A program made the position numbers and the translations under genes. Shown here piece after piece: positions 1-10,191 of a DNA stretch of 64,000 nt. How positions within the stretch are numbered: the stretch's first letter is position 1; the number at the start of each line of letters is the position of its first letter. A model generated the notes under the pieces. That model ran no database searches and was not told the DNA's origin. It worked only from the letters and a program-made list of their open reading frames with translations. The stretch is taken from the NCBI GenBank assembly GCA_015233335.1, contig JADFXX010000006.1, positions 1,237-65,236 on the forward strand, read 5' to 3'. The stretch is from Candidatus Omnitrophota bacterium (lineage in GTDB: Bacteria > Omnitrophota > Gorgyraeia > Zapsychrales > Fredricksoniimonadaceae).

Positions 1-3000
1 GCCGATGCCCACATAGCCATTGCCGTTGTCTAAGATATTATGTTGAGTCGCGACTGAACCACCCTGCCCTTGCAGAGTGAGCACACCAGCCGAAGAATCC
101 CCAATATCTGAGGAACCACCGTTTAAATCTAACGTATAGACGGGAGAATACATCCCGATCCCTAAAGAGCCGGCCATGTAATTTGACGCACTTGCATCAG
201 AAGCATAAATGTCATAAGGATTGTTTATCACACCGCCTGAAGTGTCAATCCCTTGAATATAGATACCATAAAGGTTGTTTACCGTTGCACTAGAGTTATT
301 ATTTATCACACTTACGTTTAATCCATAGACGAGATTGCTCGTGGAAACGGCAGACCCCCCGATCGATGCCAAAATACTCATCCCTGTCACTGTCCCCAAA
401 TTTGCCGCCCCACCGTTATTGCTAGCCGCAAAACTCCCACCATTAAGCGTCCCGGTAAATGCAGACCCATAGTTAGAAGCAGAGGATCTAAAGCCAGTAA
501 TCGTGGCGTTCCAAACTGTCGAATTTGTGGAGGGGACCGTCACAATATTAGTCATGCCCAGTACAGAACTTATAGGAACCGAGGGATTTATATAAACATA
601 GTTTAAATCACTAACGTTATTTATGCCGCTCGCCGTTGTCACGTTCATTGAATTAAAAGTGTTGGCAATATGATATAGAACAGGTGAACCGCCATTGCCA
701 GTATCTATACTGGTCACATTCGGGTTGGCCTGCGCAAACGTGGTCAGCGCTGATGGAGGAGCTGTTGTTCCTATACCAACATTGCCGCCAAAATATGTTG
801 ACCCTTGCACATCCAGCGCATGGCTTGGGCTTGTTGAACCAATGCCCATATTGCCGCCAAAATATGTTGACCCTTGCACATCCAACGCATGGCTGGGCGA
901 GATCGAAGCGATGCCCACATTGCTGTTAAAATAAGCCGTGCCTTCAACGTCAAACTTTTGCGAGGGCAGGGTTGTGCCGACTCCCACATTGCCGGTTTGT
1001 GTCGCCAAAAAGGTGTTGCCCTTGACCGTCAGGGTGTCAAAGACCGAGCCGCCGGTCAGTGTCAGGCCTGATGTGATCGTCAAGCTTGCGATCGTCGCTT
1101 CCATCAAATATGCCGTGCCGTCAACCTCCAAATCGTTCTGTATAAATTCACTGCCTGCTCCCGCTGTGAAAAATTGGGGAGCCCCGGCCCCGACTTGCAG
1201 CTGGACCGCCGCAGCGCTGGTGCCGATGCCCACATTGCCATTGGGACCAAGCAATAACTGGGGACCATTGTTATTAGAATCAAAAACAAGATTCTGTTTT
1301 GTTTTGTCGTAGCTGATCCCGGTAAAATTAGTCGTCGGAGCAAAGCTCATGTTATTAAATAAAGTGGCGCCGTCAAGTGAGATCCCAAAACCGCCGGTAT
1401 TGAAAACCGCCAATGCCGCGCTATTAGCCGCCTGTGTACCGATCCCCACATTGCCGCTCAAATACACTGTGCCTCTTACATCCAGCGCATTGCCGGGTGT
1501 CGTCGTTCCGATACCGACGAGCGTGCCGACGGTAAAGACATTGGTATTGATCTCGGTCCAGCCGCCGCCGGAGCTGACCCCAGTCAGGCCTGAACCGTTG
1601 CCGATAAAGGCAATCGCCTTGACCGTGCCATTGACATCCAATTTATACGCGGGAGTTGCAGAGCCAATACCCACATTGCCTGTGTTTGCGATACGCATGG
1701 CCTCGGCACTATTGGCCACAAACTTTATGTCCGGCGTCGTCGACGCTGATGGCGCGATCGCGGCTGTATTATCACTGCCTAAATTCAAAGAGCTTGTTCC
1801 TGTGATCCTTACCGTCCCATTCACATCAAGCATCTGACCCGGAGCCACTGAGTTGATGCCGACATTACCCGCAAATGTCGCTGATATCGGACTCGCGTTA
1901 AAGGCCGTATTGCCTGTTAATGTATTGGCCCCTGTTCCGCTTTGCGTGTAACTTCCTGAGGTTGAGATCGAGCCTGCCGGTGAAACCGCAAACTGTGATG
2001 CCCCTCCCACTGCCAGCAAATTGCCCGGGGATACTGTTCCGATCCCCACATTCGTCCCTGTGGTATAAACATTAGTTCCGATCTCTGTCCAGCCTGCGCC
2101 GGTTGTGACGCCTGTGATCTGTGTACCGTTGCCAATAAATGATATTGCCTTCACTGAGCCTATTACGTCAAGCTTTTGGGCGGGCAGTACTGTGCCGATG
2201 CCGACATTCCCGTTCGTGGTTGCCAAATAAGTGGGGCCTGTCACTGTCAAAGTATTAAAGAGCGCTGAGCCTGTTGTTAGTGTTATGCCGCTTGTGACCG
2301 TCAGGTTTCCGATCGTGGCATCCACCAAATACGCTGTGCCGTCTACTTCCAAATCGTTCTGGATAAATTCAGAACTTGGTATGGATGTAAAAAATGCGGG
2401 GTTTCCTGAGCCTACCTGCAGCTGGGCCGACGGAGCGCTTGTGCCGATGCCGACGTTGCCTGAAAAATATCCGGTCCCTCCAACATTCAATGTATCAGGA
2501 TATCCAGTAGAGCTTGGGGCTATTCCAATTCCAACAGTCCCCCTATCCATAACCAAATTATTATTGTATGAAACACCATTGTTCACAACGTCGAATGCCC
2601 ACGCTACTACACTTCCGGTCCCCACTTTCTCATTAAAAAATGCATTATAGCTGGTATTCCCAAATATACTTCCTGACTGTATACCACCCACTACATTAAG
2701 TTTTGCCGCTGGATTTGTTACCCCAATACCCATATTGCCACTCAAATAAACCGACCCTTGCACATCTAGTGCGTGGCTGGGACTAGTCGATCCGATGCCG
2801 ACATTCGTCCCAGTCGTATAAACGTTGGTGCCGATCTCTGTCCAGCCGGCCGCGGTCGTGACTCCCATAATCTGCGCCCCGCCGCCTATAAACGACGTCG
2901 CCTTGACCGTCCCATTAACATCCAGATTATAAGCGGGTGACACAGACCCGATGCCCACATTGCCGCTAAAACTGTTGATACCGCTTCCTGTTTGCGTATA

Positions 3001-4527
3001 ACTGCCTGAGGTCAGGACCGCCCCTGACGGAGACACTGTAAATTGCGATGCCGGCCCCACCGCAAACATATTCCCCGGCAACACTGTCCCGATGCCGACG
3101 AGAGTGCCTGTCGAAAAGACATTGGTATTGATCTCTGTCCAGCCGCCGCTTGAACTGACCCCTGTCAAGCCCGCCCCGTTACCGACAAAAGCGATCGCCT
3201 TGACCGTGCCGTTGACATCCAGCGCATAGCCGGGGGATGCGGAGCCTATGCCTACATTGCCGCCATTGGTAATGCGCATGACTTCGGCATTGTTGGTCAG
3301 GAATCTTATGTCCGGTGTTGTCGCCGCAGATGCCGCTATCGAGGCCTTGTTGTCACTGCCTAAATTTAATGCATTTGTTCCTAAAATCCTTACGGTTCCA
3401 TTCACATCAAGTGTCTGACCCGGTGCCACTGAATTGATGCCCACGTTGCCGCTGACCGTTGCCAAATATGTGTTGCCTGTTACTGTCAAAGTACTAAATA
3501 ATGAAGAGCCTGATGTAAATGTCAGGCCTTCTGTAACATTCAAAGTCCCGATCGTCGCTTCCGCCAAAAACGCTGTCCCATCTACTTCCAAATCATGCTG
3601 CATATAGACATTGCCCGGACCTGACTCAAATAACGGGAAGGCTCCCGGTGTTGTGGATATGTCCAATAACGCCTGCGGTACTGCTGTCCCTATGCCGACA
3701 TTATTTGAAAATGTGGTAATCCCCAGCAACGTATTGGCGCCGGCCCCTGTTTGTGTATACCCGCCCGCTGTTTTGATAGCACCTGACGGAGCCACCTGAA
3801 ACTGTGATGCCGGACCTACGGCCAATAGATTTTGCGGAGCGTTTGTACCCACCCCGAGATTGCCCGCAAAGGCATTGATACCGGCCCCGGTTTGCGTATA
3901 ACTTCCTGAGGTTGTTACCGCACCCGTCAATGACACCGCAAACTGCGATGTCGCGCCAACCGCCAGCATACTTCCCGGCACAGTCGTCCCGATGCCTACA
4001 TTGCCGGAGGTCGTCGCCAAAAATGCGTCGTGCAAAACTGTTAAAGTATTAAAGGTCGAGCCTGAGGTTGAGATGCTCTGCCCCCCTGATATCGTCAAAG
4101 AAGCGATCGTTGCCTCTGCCAAATACGCCGTCCCATCGACTTCGAGATCGTTCTGGATATAGACGTTACCGGCCCCTGACTCAAAGGTAGGGCCTGTTGA
4201 ACCTGTTGAAATATCCAATAACGCGTGCGGCACCCATGTGCCGATACCCGTATTGCCGTTTAAAACCACCATCGCCGTGCCCACCCCCACATTGCCATGG
4301 ACAAACAGATTACCGGTGGAGTCGACCCGGGCGACTTCAGATAAATTTAACTTCTGAACGGAAAATCCGCTTGTGCCGTCATTGGAATCCAGCTGGGCTT
4401 GTATGTCTGCGGCTTGAACTGATGCGGGTATAATAAAAAGAATAAAAAGAAAAAATCGGAAAGCGACTCCTGCAATATCATTGCAAAGAGCATTTTTCAG
4501 CAGCGAAGCAATCTTTTTAAAATTCAT
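1..4527 (-). CDS. Giant secreted fibre/beta-helix-like repeat protein, N-terminal 1509 codons (3' end lies beyond window start)
   Basis: Absent from the ORF track because no stop codon falls in the window. Manual translation from ATG at 4527 gives MNFKKIASLLKN...FFLFILFIIPASVQA (signal peptide). At least a dozen GNVGIGT/GNTGIGT motifs follow, with recurring GGWTEI(N/G)TNV(F/Y)T.GT.VGIGT modules. The last in-window codons read ...LDNGNGYVGIG. The + strand ORFs here (PIPTLP repeats) are antisense shadows. Confidence 0.8.
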   Translation of the reverse strand, partial: MNFKKIASLLKNALCNDIAGVAFRFFLFILFIIPASVQAADIQAQLDSNDGTSGFSVQKLNLSEVARVDSTGNLFVHGNVGVGTAMVVLNGNTGIGTWVPHALLDISTGSTGPTFESGAGNVYIQNDLEVDGTAYLAEATIASLTISGGQSISTSGSTFNTLTVLHDAFLATTSGNVGIGTTVPGSMLAVGATSQFAVSLTGAVTTSGSYTQTGAGINAFAGNLGVGTNAPQNLLAVGPASQFQVAPSGAIKTAGGYTQTGAGANTLLGITTFSNNVGIGTAVPQALLDISTTPGAFPLFESGPGNVYMQHDLEVDGTAFLAEATIGTLNVTEGLTFTSGSSLFSTLTVTGNTYLATVSGNVGINSVAPGQTLDVNGTVRILGTNALNLGSDNKASIAASAATTPDIRFLTNNAEVMRITNGGNVGIGSASPGYALDVNGTVKAIAFVGNGAGLTGVSSSGGWTEINTNVFSTGTLVGIGTVLPGNMFAVGPASQFTVSPSGAVLTSGSYTQTGSGINSFSGNVGIGSVSPAYNLDVNGTVKATSFIGGGAQIMGVTTAAGWTEIGTNVYTTGTNVGIGSTSPSHALDVQGSVYLSGNMGIGVTNPAAKLNVVGGIQSGSIFGNTSYNAFFNEKVGTGSVVAWAFDVVNNGVSYNNNLVMDRGTVGIGIAPSSTGYPDTLNVGGTGYFSGNVGIGTSAPSAQLQVGSGNPAFFTSIPSSEFIQNDLEVDGTAYLVDATIGNLTVTSGITLTTGSALFNTLTVTGPTYLATTNGNVGIGTVLPAQKLDVIGSVKAISFIGNGTQITGVTTGAGWTEIGTNVYTTGTNVGIGTVSPGNLLAVGGASQFAVSPAGSISTSGSYTQSGTGANTLTGNTAFNASPISATFAGNVGINSVAPGQMLDVNGTVRITGTSSLNLGSDNTAAIAPSASTTPDIKFVANSAEAMRIANTGNVGIGSATPAYKLDVNGTVKAIAFIGNGSGLTGVSSGGGWTEINTNVFTVGTLVGIGTTTPGNALDVRGTVYLSGNVGIGTQAANSAALAVFNTGGFGISLDGATLFNNMSFAPTTNFTGISYDKTKQNLVFDSNNNGPQLLLGPNGNVGIGTSAAAVQLQVGAGAPQFFTAGAGSEFIQNDLEVDGTAYLMEATIASLTITSGLTLTGGSVFDTLTVKGNTFLATQTGNVGVGTTLPSQKFDVEGTAYFNSNVGIASISPSHALDVQGSTYFGGNMGIGSTSPSHALDVQGSTYFGGNVGIGTTAPPSALTTFAQANPNVTSIDTGNGGSPVLYHIANTFNSMNVTTASGINNVSDLNYVYINPSVPISSVLGMTNIVTVPSTNSTVWNATITGFRSSASNYGSAFTGTLNGGSFAASNNGGAANLGTVTGMSILASIGGSAVSTSNLVYGLNVSVINNNSSATVNNLYGIYIQGIDTSGGVINNPYDIYASDASASNYMAGSLGIGMYSPVYTLDLNGGSSDIGDSSAGVLTLQGQGGSVATQHNILDNGNGYVGIG

Positions 4528-4681
4528 CTTTAGAGTAAAAGGGGAAATAAGAATTTATATTCTATTAAATTCATATTAACAAAATATGAACCTCTTACAA
4601 TACTTATTCAATCTTTTTTACTCTTTTTTTAAGTAATTTACCGTCGGACTACAGAAAAGCAACCTTAAGGGGGAGAACAAC

Positions 4682-6397
4682 TTATATAATTTGCAATGTT
4701 TGAAGCTTTAAAAGAAGATCACGGGCTTTTATAACCGCATTTTCGGATGATCCGCCATATTCCAGAAAAACACAAAATGCGATATTCTCTTTTTTAGGAG
4801 ACCGGGTATATCCGGCAAACCACGCATGGTTAGGTTTTCCATGGACACTTTGAGCCGTACCTGTTTTTCCGTAGATCTCTAAGCCCTTGATATCCCTCAA
4901 AGAATGGCCTGTTCCTTCCTGATCATCCACCACCGCTTTTAAGCCCTTCTCTACCGCATCCCAAGTTTCATCACGCAAACGGACAATGGGCCTTTGGGAA
5001 AAGTCCAAAGGAAGAATTTGCCGCTCCCCTACCGCTTGGACCAAACGCGGGCGCAGGATCACTCCCTTATTGGCAACAGCGGCCATCAGCACCGTTAACT
5101 GCAGGGGCGTTGTTAACGTGTACCCTTGCCCTATGGACAGGTTAAGGGTGTCTCCGGTATACCAGCCCAGACCCTGAGGGGAACTGGTGATGAGCTTGCC
5201 GCTGGCTTCAAAAGGCAGATCGATTCCTGTCGGCCGATTAAGCCCAAAGGCTTTTGAATAAGCGCCGATGATAGGGGCGCCTACAAGCTCTCCTAAATGA
5301 AAAAAATAAACATTGCAGGAGCGCGCCAGCGCACCCGTCAAATCCTGAACACCGTGGACATGCGAACATCCGAATTTCCGATGCCCTACCATCATGTATC
5401 CGGGACAATCAAATCTCGTCGAAGGTGTGATCTTATGGCGCTCAAGGGCGGCTAAGGCGAGCGGGATTTTAAACACCGAACCCGGCGGGTACTGGCCGGA
5501 TACCGCACGGTTGAGCAAAGGGGTCTCGGTGTCTTTAAAATAAACATCCAGATGATCGCGTTTATTCTTGTTGGTAAATACATTCGGGTCATAGGAAGGG
5601 GAACTCACCAGACACAAAACATCCGCACGGTCTAATCCCAAGACCACAATGCTTCCCCTTGAGCCTTTGAGCAATTCCTGGGCGGCCTCCTGAAGCCGCT
5701 GGTCGACTGTTAAGGTAACATCAAGGCCACCAACGGCGTCCTTAAGCCCAAGCAGGCGCACCTGACGGCCCCGGCTGTTGATCTCGATCTGACGGCCGCC
5801 GGGAGTGCCCTGAAGATCGGCATCATATTCATTCTCGATCCCGGTCTTACCGACGATACTTAACGGTGTCACCCCATAGAGGTCCTGGTCCTGCAACTGG
5901 GTGTCATCGATTTTTCCGACATACCCGAGTATATGCGCCCCTATGTCATCCTTCGGATAAAAACGCTGGAAGCCCTGCTGGATCTCCAGTCCCGGATAAA
6001 GGAATTTTTCTTCTTCGATCTTGACCGCCAGCTCACGCGGGATATCTTCCGCCAGAATGACAGGGGCAAAAGGAGCTGTTTTTTTGCGCAAAAACTGGCG
6101 CTCAAGCAGCGCCGGATCACGATTGAGCACGCGTCCTAAATAATCAAACAATACCTTTTTGTTTTCTATGTCCTGAGCGATAACCCCCAAATGAAAAGCC
6201 ATGCGGTTATCCGCAAGGACGATGCCGCGACGGTCAAGGATCCTGCCGCGCAGGGCATCAGAGACGACAACACGAATGCGGTTGTTGGTGCTCTGGCGAT
6301 GATAATAGTCGCCATGAATGATCTGCAGATAAAACAACCCGCCGACGATCAGGCTTAAGAAGAAAAAAATAACGGATTCGATCAATTTAAAACGCAT
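4682..6397 (-). CDS. mrdA: Penicillin-binding protein 2 (elongasome transpeptidase)
   Basis: 571 aa with an N-terminal TM anchor. Carries SxxK (SVFK), SxN (SCN) and KTG (KTGT) motifs. Directly downstream of an MreD-like gene. Confidence 0.9.
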   Translation of the reverse strand: MRFKLIESVIFFFLSLIVGGLFYLQIIHGDYYHRQSTNNRIRVVVSDALRGRILDRRGIVLADNRMAFHLGVIAQDIENKKVLFDYLGRVLNRDPALLERQFLRKKTAPFAPVILAEDIPRELAVKIEEEKFLYPGLEIQQGFQRFYPKDDIGAHILGYVGKIDDTQLQDQDLYGVTPLSIVGKTGIENEYDADLQGTPGGRQIEINSRGRQVRLLGLKDAVGGLDVTLTVDQRLQEAAQELLKGSRGSIVVLGLDRADVLCLVSSPSYDPNVFTNKNKRDHLDVYFKDTETPLLNRAVSGQYPPGSVFKIPLALAALERHKITPSTRFDCPGYMMVGHRKFGCSHVHGVQDLTGALARSCNVYFFHLGELVGAPIIGAYSKAFGLNRPTGIDLPFEASGKLITSSPQGLGWYTGDTLNLSIGQGYTLTTPLQLTVLMAAVANKGVILRPRLVQAVGERQILPLDFSQRPIVRLRDETWDAVEKGLKAVVDDQEGTGHSLRDIKGLEIYGKTGTAQSVHGKPNHAWFAGYTRSPKKENIAFCVFLEYGGSSENAVIKARDLLLKLQTLQII

Positions 6398-6398
6398 A

Positions 6399-6890
6399 TC
6401 AGCTTTTTAAACTAAAAAAGACACTTATATCCCTTAGCTTTTGAAAAACAAATGTCGCCACAATCATGGTCGTTAATACCTGCGGGACTAAAAGACCCAG
6501 AAACAATTGGGAAAATCGGACCTGACGGTTGGCGCTGACCAATATGGCCTGTACGATAAAACACACGATGATAACCAAAAACGCCACCAGTCCCCGGGAA
6601 AACCTTGACCCCTTCTGATATAAATACCGGCGTACCAGTGTGGTCACGTAAGCCGCTGTGACATACACCAGTATATAAGTCCCCAAGGGCGCAATGCCTG
6701 AAGCATCTTTTAAGAGACCGCAAAACACCGCCGCAATAATACTAAAGCGTATGCCCAAATACAAATTGAAGAATATAACGACGAGGATCAAAAACTCGGG
6801 CTTGCCCCAACTGCCGAAAGCGTTAAACAACACAAATTCCAGCACAAAGGCCAGATAACTGACCAGGGCTATAACCGCAATGCGTTTCAT
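6399..6890 (-). CDS. mreD: MreD-like rod-shape membrane protein
   Basis: 163-aa polytopic hydrophobic protein immediately upstream of mrdA with a 1-nt gap. The call rests on context and size only. Confidence 0.55.
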   Translation of the reverse strand: MKRIAVIALVSYLAFVLEFVLFNAFGSWGKPEFLILVVIFFNLYLGIRFSIIAAVFCGLLKDASGIAPLGTYILVYVTAAYVTTLVRRYLYQKGSRFSRGLVAFLVIIVCFIVQAILVSANRQVRFSQLFLGLLVPQVLTTMIVATFVFQKLRDISVFFSLKS

Positions 6891-7294
6891 AAATTCTGTT
6901 TTCCTAATAGCATATTTTCCATGCTGCGCATTTGGATTGTGTCTTTTGGGTTATGGTCGTCGAAGCCCTGCAAATGCAGAAGGCCGTGGATCACGTATAA
7001 GATTATTTCTTTTTCCGTCGATGTTTTATAAAAATCAGCGTTGGCTGATGCCATCCGGGGGCAGATGATGATCTCGCCCAAGCCTTTGCTTAGCTCAAAG
7101 CTCAAAACATCCGTCACATAATCATGGCCCAGATATTTTTTGTTGATCGTCCGCATGCGCCTGACGCCGACAAAAACGATGGAAAGGCTGCCTGAGGGGC
7201 ACTTGAACTTAGATAGCGCCGAGCTAAGGGCCCTGCGGATCTTTGTCTCGGGGATAGAGATCTTCTTTTGAAGATTTTTTATATTGATTTCCAT
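6887..7294 (-). CDS. ybeY: rRNA maturation endoribonuclease YbeY
   Basis: HGLLHLQGFDDH zinc-binding motif. The likely true start is MEINIKNLQKK at 7294; the track ORF extends to 7363, inside the upstream gene. Conserved phoH-pgpH-ybeY order. Confidence 0.85.
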   Translation of the reverse strand: MEINIKNLQKKISIPETKIRRALSSALSKFKCPSGSLSIVFVGVRRMRTINKKYLGHDYVTDVLSFELSKGLGEIIICPRMASANADFYKTSTEKEIILYVIHGLLHLQGFDDHNPKDTIQMRSMENMLLGKQNL

Positions 7295-8627
7295 TGGACT
7301 TTTCGGGATATTTGACACGGGTATGGTACATGGCCCCAAGCACCCGTACAAATGTGGAGGCAATAATATCGATCTCTCTTAAGGTCAGATTACATTCGTC
7401 AAGCTGGCCGTCGATGAATTTGTTGTTGATCACCTTGCGCACCACGTCCTCAATGCGCTGGGGAGTGTGTTCGTCGAGCACCCGGGTGGCCGCTTCGACA
7501 GAGTCGGCCAAAAGAACAATGGCGGTCTCCTTGCTCTGGGGTTTCGGCCCCGGATAACGGTAGTCCTTTTCTTCCAAACCCTCCAGCTCGCCTTCCAGCA
7601 GGGCCTTCTGATAAAAATAATGGATGAGACTCGTCCCGTGATGCTCGGGGATAAAATCAATGATCCGCTCGTTTAAATGATACTGACGGGCCATTTCCAT
7701 GCCTTCTTTAATATGGTTTAAAATCACAAGCCGGCTCATGGAGGGCTCGAGGTCATCATGTTTGTTACCGATCAACATCTGGTTCTCGGTAAAATAAGCG
7801 GGGCTTACCATCTTTCCGATATCATGATAATACGCCCCCACCCGTACCAGCAGGGAGTGCGCGTCAATGGCATCGGCCGCGGTTTCCGCCAGATTGCTTA
7901 CGATCAAACTATGATGATAACTGCCCGGCGCCTCTCCGACCATGCGCTTGAGCAGCGGATGGGACGTGTCCGACATCTCAAGCAGGGTAAAATTGGTGAT
8001 CTGGCCGAATACCGTCTCAAACACCTTGAGGGTTGTGATCAGCACCACTGCACTAATCAGGCCGTTGATCGCCAGCGGCTGGAGGGTATGCTCCCAAATG
8101 CCCCTGTTTATGACCGGATGGATCAAAAGCGCACAAACAACCTGAACCAAGGACACAATGGTCCCGGCGGTGATCAATACGCCGCGGGTGCGCGCATCTC
8201 GCACCTTGTAAGCACCGGCCAGCCCCCCCAAGAAAAAAATAAGCATGGTATTCAGCTCAAAGCCCAGAAGAATTCCGGAGATCGCGGCGCTTAAAAAAGC
8301 CATGATAAAACTGATCTGAACGTCGTTAAACAACAGCATCGTCAGCATCGGGACCGCAGCAATGGGCAGATAGGAAAGCACCAGAGAAGGATAAGCGCCC
8401 AAGGCGTGGGCCGCAAATACCAAGAGCGCTAACAGCAGGGCCAAATGCAGAAAAAGCCGCGGATTGGCTTTTTTGAAAATATAGAGATGGGCCCCCAGAA
8501 AAAAAACCAGCAGAGGAACGATGAGAGGAATGAGGGCAAAATAACAGAACACCACAAGACCCAAAAATGAAAGCGCGATCATGATCATTTGATCACGGGA
8601 AACAGGATTATCGGAGCGGAAACTCAT
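7224..8627 (-). CDS. 7TM-HD (HDIG) membrane phosphohydrolase, PgpH/YqfF-like
   Basis: 467 aa. N-terminal multi-TM region followed by an HD domain (YYHDIGK, EHHG). Lies between phoH and ybeY. Confidence 0.8.
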   Translation of the reverse strand: MSFRSDNPVSRDQMIMIALSFLGLVVFCYFALIPLIVPLLVFFLGAHLYIFKKANPRLFLHLALLLALLVFAAHALGAYPSLVLSYLPIAAVPMLTMLLFNDVQISFIMAFLSAAISGILLGFELNTMLIFFLGGLAGAYKVRDARTRGVLITAGTIVSLVQVVCALLIHPVINRGIWEHTLQPLAINGLISAVVLITTLKVFETVFGQITNFTLLEMSDTSHPLLKRMVGEAPGSYHHSLIVSNLAETAADAIDAHSLLVRVGAYYHDIGKMVSPAYFTENQMLIGNKHDDLEPSMSRLVILNHIKEGMEMARQYHLNERIIDFIPEHHGTSLIHYFYQKALLEGELEGLEEKDYRYPGPKPQSKETAIVLLADSVEAATRVLDEHTPQRIEDVVRKVINNKFIDGQLDECNLTLREIDIIASTFVRVLGAMYHTRVKYPEKSNGNQYKKSSKEDLYPRDKDPQGP

Positions 8628-8633
8628 GGGACC

Positions 8634-9593
8634 TTAATGTTTATGGTTGCCGTTGAACTGGGCGTAAGCTTCAATGATCTTTTGCACCAATTCATGACGG
8701 ACAGTGTCTTCACTGGTCAAATGAATGAATTTGATCTCAGGAACGCCGCCTAAAATCCGGTCAGCATCGGCCAAACCGTTATTTTCATTGGCCGGCAGAT
8801 CGCTTTGGGTCACGTCCCCGATGACCACGACCTTGGAATCAAAACCCATGCGCGTCAAAAACATTTTCATCTGGTCAGGACGGGCATTTTGGGCCTCATC
8901 CAAAATAACAAAAGCTTCATTCAGGGTCCTGCCGCGCATGAAGGCCAACGGAGCCACTTCAATGATCCCCTGCTCGCTGTAATGCTCGACTTTGTCGGGC
9001 TCCATCATGTCATAGAGGGCATCATACAGCGGACGCAGGTAAGGCAGTACTTTTTCGACCATGTTCCCGGGCAAAAAACCCAGAGACTCGCCGGCCTCGA
9101 CAGCGGGACGGGTCAGAATAATGCGGCGCACGAGCCCTTTTTTAAGGGCATTGACCGCCATGGCAATGGCCAAAAAGGTCTTGCCGGTACCCGCCGGGCC
9201 GATACAGAAGACCAAATCATTGGTCTTGATGGCTTCAATGTATTCGATCTGTCCGCGGGTCTTGGGAGTCACGAGCCCCCCCTGCACCGACACCTCAATC
9301 TTTTCCTTGGCTAAACGCTTGAAATCAATTTCTTTTTCTTTGTCGACGAGCCTTAAGGCATAGACGATGTCTGCCTTCTTGACGTCCCGGCCCTTTTCGA
9401 CAAAGGTCATGAGGTAATGAAACAAATCCACGGCCCTCTGGACCTGCGGGTCGCCCCCCGTTATCTTAATGCCGTTCTCGGCACGGACAATCCGCACCCC
9501 GAGTTCCTTTTCAATGATCTTTATATTCTGGTCATACCGGCCGAAAAGGAGCTGCAAATCACGGTTATTGTCAAGGTCTAAACGAAATTCCAT
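8634..9593 (-). CDS. phoH: PhoH-like ATPase
   Basis: 319 aa with Walker A GPAGTGKT and Walker B ILDEAQN. Confidence 0.9.
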   Translation of the reverse strand: MEFRLDLDNNRDLQLLFGRYDQNIKIIEKELGVRIVRAENGIKITGGDPQVQRAVDLFHYLMTFVEKGRDVKKADIVYALRLVDKEKEIDFKRLAKEKIEVSVQGGLVTPKTRGQIEYIEAIKTNDLVFCIGPAGTGKTFLAIAMAVNALKKGLVRRIILTRPAVEAGESLGFLPGNMVEKVLPYLRPLYDALYDMMEPDKVEHYSEQGIIEVAPLAFMRGRTLNEAFVILDEAQNARPDQMKMFLTRMGFDSKVVVIGDVTQSDLPANENNGLADADRILGGVPEIKFIHLTSEDTVRHELVQKIIEAYAQFNGNHKH

Positions 9594-10190
9594 CTATTTC
9601 ACCGCCGGAATGGTTAGCACCGTGCCGGGCTTGACAAAATTCGGGTTCTTGATCTTGTCTTTGTTCGCCTCATAAATTTTGTACCATTTGCCGTAAGAAC
9701 CAAAAAGCTTCTTAGAAATTTTCTGCAGGGTGTCATCTTTCTGCACTGTGTACGTATCTGCCTGCAGATTGCCCCCGTTCTGTGCGCCTGTAACAGCGGC
9801 AGGGGCAGGCTGGTCGCCCACCACCGGAACCACCACGGCAGGTGTAGTTGCGGCAGGTGCACTTGCGGCAGGTGCGCTCGCGGCAGGTTCACTTGCGGCT
9901 GACGCGCCCGATGCCGGCGGTTTTGCGGTCGTATCCGTTATGGCGTTAACCGCGCTCTCCTCTATCTTCCTGACCTCGGATTCAGGGACGGGCTTGGTGA
10001 CCTCCAGCACATAAATCTTCCGTGTTTTCTCGGCAGGCTCAACCTGGGGGCATTTGCCCTCGAGACAGCCTCCGTTTTTGATCTGGTCATACCCCACGCG
10101 GTTTTTATTCATCACGTACGTATGCGCTTCCAGACCGCATCCGGCGGCAAAGACCGATAAAATAATAAGAATGAAATTTTTGTTTAACAT
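9594..10190 (-). CDS. LysM-domain lipoprotein with Ala/Pro/Ser-rich linker
   Basis: Signal peptide plus lipobox (FAAGC). ASAPAASAPAA low-complexity linker. C-terminal LysM (YTVQKDDTLQKISKK...YEANKDKI...PGTVLTIP). Confidence 0.75.
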   Translation of the reverse strand: MLNKNFILIILSVFAAGCGLEAHTYVMNKNRVGYDQIKNGGCLEGKCPQVEPAEKTRKIYVLEVTKPVPESEVRKIEESAVNAITDTTAKPPASGASAASEPAASAPAASAPAATTPAVVVPVVGDQPAPAAVTGAQNGGNLQADTYTVQKDDTLQKISKKLFGSYGKWYKIYEANKDKIKNPNFVKPGTVLTIPAVK

Positions 10191-10191
10191 G

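Noticed and set aside
684-4433. A dozen + strand ORFs (62-162 aa) with repeated VPIPTLP/VPMPTLP strings
   Set aside because: They are the antisense reading of the GNVGIGT codon repeats of the giant minus-strand gene. None has a plausible start context, and they tile a region fully occupied by one open minus-strand frame.
7758-8294. 178-aa + strand ORF and many other 60-170-aa ORFs antisense to long genes (for example 8805-9314, 10624-11046, 18118-18552, 20232-20665, 23558-23989, 26683-27111)
   Set aside because: They lie entirely within, and opposite to, genes with strong motif support. They show the Arg/Gly/His-rich composition typical of antisense frames, and no independent evidence supports them.
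9820-9905. Imperfect ~15-nt tandem repeats (gcggcaggtgc(a/g)ct(t/c)...)
   Set aside because: This is the coding low-complexity linker (ASAPAASAPAA) of the LysM lipoprotein, not an independent repeat feature.
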